Part shown: piece after piece, positions 1 to 64,000 of the stretch | Position numbering within the stretch: the first letter of the stretch is position 1 | Layout: each line of letters begins with the position of its first letter | Assembly: GCA_951406725.2 (NCBI GenBank) | Contig: OX597827.1 | Coordinates: 74,152,001-74,216,000 of the forward strand | Length of the DNA stretch: 64,000 nucleotides | Direction: 5' to 3' | Source of the DNA: Octopus vulgaris | Lineage: Eukaryota | The notes under the pieces: model-generated | Database searches by the model: none | The model's input: only the letters and a program-made list of their open reading frames with translations | What the model was told of the DNA's origin: nothing | Translations under genes and position numbers: made by a program

Positions 1-350
1 GTGCTGGCCCTTTGTTCTTTGTTACCGCTTTAATTTCAGTTTGCATCCATAGAGTCCAGTTTTACTGCCCTTCCGATATACTATTGCTGATGTTTGATAT
101 TACAATTTTTTATAACATTTAGGAGATTAATATGGGGACACAACTCTACTAACAAAATCTGATAACTAACAACCTGAAATTCTCCGCCTAATATAAAGTT
201 AGTATTAACGATCAAGCCATCAACTTTCAATTTGTACAGTGTCTCTAGAAAGAAACTGCTGGAATTATTACAATTTGGACAATAAATTAGGAACAATGAT
301 AGTTATTGATAACTTTAAATATTGTGAAAACAAAGCATTTATAGACTTAC

Positions 351-63414
<63,064 letters not shown>

Positions 63415-64000
63415 CTGCAATACAAAAATGATTGAAAAAGAAAATATCACGGTTGCTGTATGTATTTCACGAGCGTTAGCACATAAATATTCAGTTGTAA
63501 TGATATTCTATAGAATGAATATGTTTTAAATTGTTAGGGCTTGAAAGAAGAAATAAGGAGTAATCTTTTAGTGACCTCAAAAATGAACATAACCATGCAC
63601 AAGTCGAATGTTTGAAAACACATAATCTTAACGAATCGTGTAAAATGAAATAAGATGAGTGGATGGAAGTTGGCGAGAGTGTAATGGTATATAAAATTAT
63701 ATATATTTAGTTTATAAAGTACACCATTGAAATATTTGTTATATCAATCTTAATTAGCTTTATCAACACTCCAGTCAACAGCAGTGGAAAGTTTTATGGT
63801 CAAAAGAATGACTTTGTTCATTGGATATAGAGTTCTTGACTGTAGGTAAGCAGTATGCAAGTATATTTGACAAGTGTTTGCTCAGCCTGTAATAGTGAAT
63901 TGAAATTGTATCACTAAAGCGTTACTATTTAGGAAAACTGTGGCGGAGGAGGGACAAAGAGGTGGGGAAGCAGAAAGATTTCAAAACCGAACCAACCGTC

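Noticed and set aside
81-296. Minus-strand ORF as the next D2 exon
   Set aside because: The good acceptors (ccag, ctag) give stops in the required phase 0; the open frame would need a rare GAG acceptor and shows no clear PTP motif.

Overview
AT-rich, microsatellite-dense animal genomic DNA. The SINE, mariner and Penelope landscape resembles a coleoid cephalopod (octopus-like); this is inference. The window lies inside one large minus-strand gene that I rebuilt exon by exon (23 exons, 63414 down to 351, GT-AG with consistent phases; both gene ends lie outside the window). It encodes a receptor-type protein tyrosine phosphatase: 9 MEGF10/SREC/Tie-type 8-Cys EGF-like exons, a transmembrane exon, a tyrosine-motif juxtamembrane region, a complete D1 PTP domain and the start of a degenerate D2. 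Four points stand out. (1) D1 keeps HCSAGVGRTG, WPD and both Q-loop glutamines, but the pTyr-recognition loop reads KNLHNF instead of KNRYxD/N and the conserved Glu (PTP1B E115) is lost. (2) The ectodomain has grown by repeated tandem duplication of a two-exon EGF module, including a near-perfect 2.06 kb copy with a mappable crossover. (3) One duplicated EGF exon carries an in-frame TGA. (4) The intron between the ectodomain and TM exons holds a Penelope GIY-YIG remnant and hammerhead-ribozyme-like repeats, two of them inverted. Introns also carry Tc1/mariner, Chapaev3-like, Helitron, R4-like, CR1-like and RTE elements and SINEs. Most ORFs in the supplied track are microsatellite artefacts.
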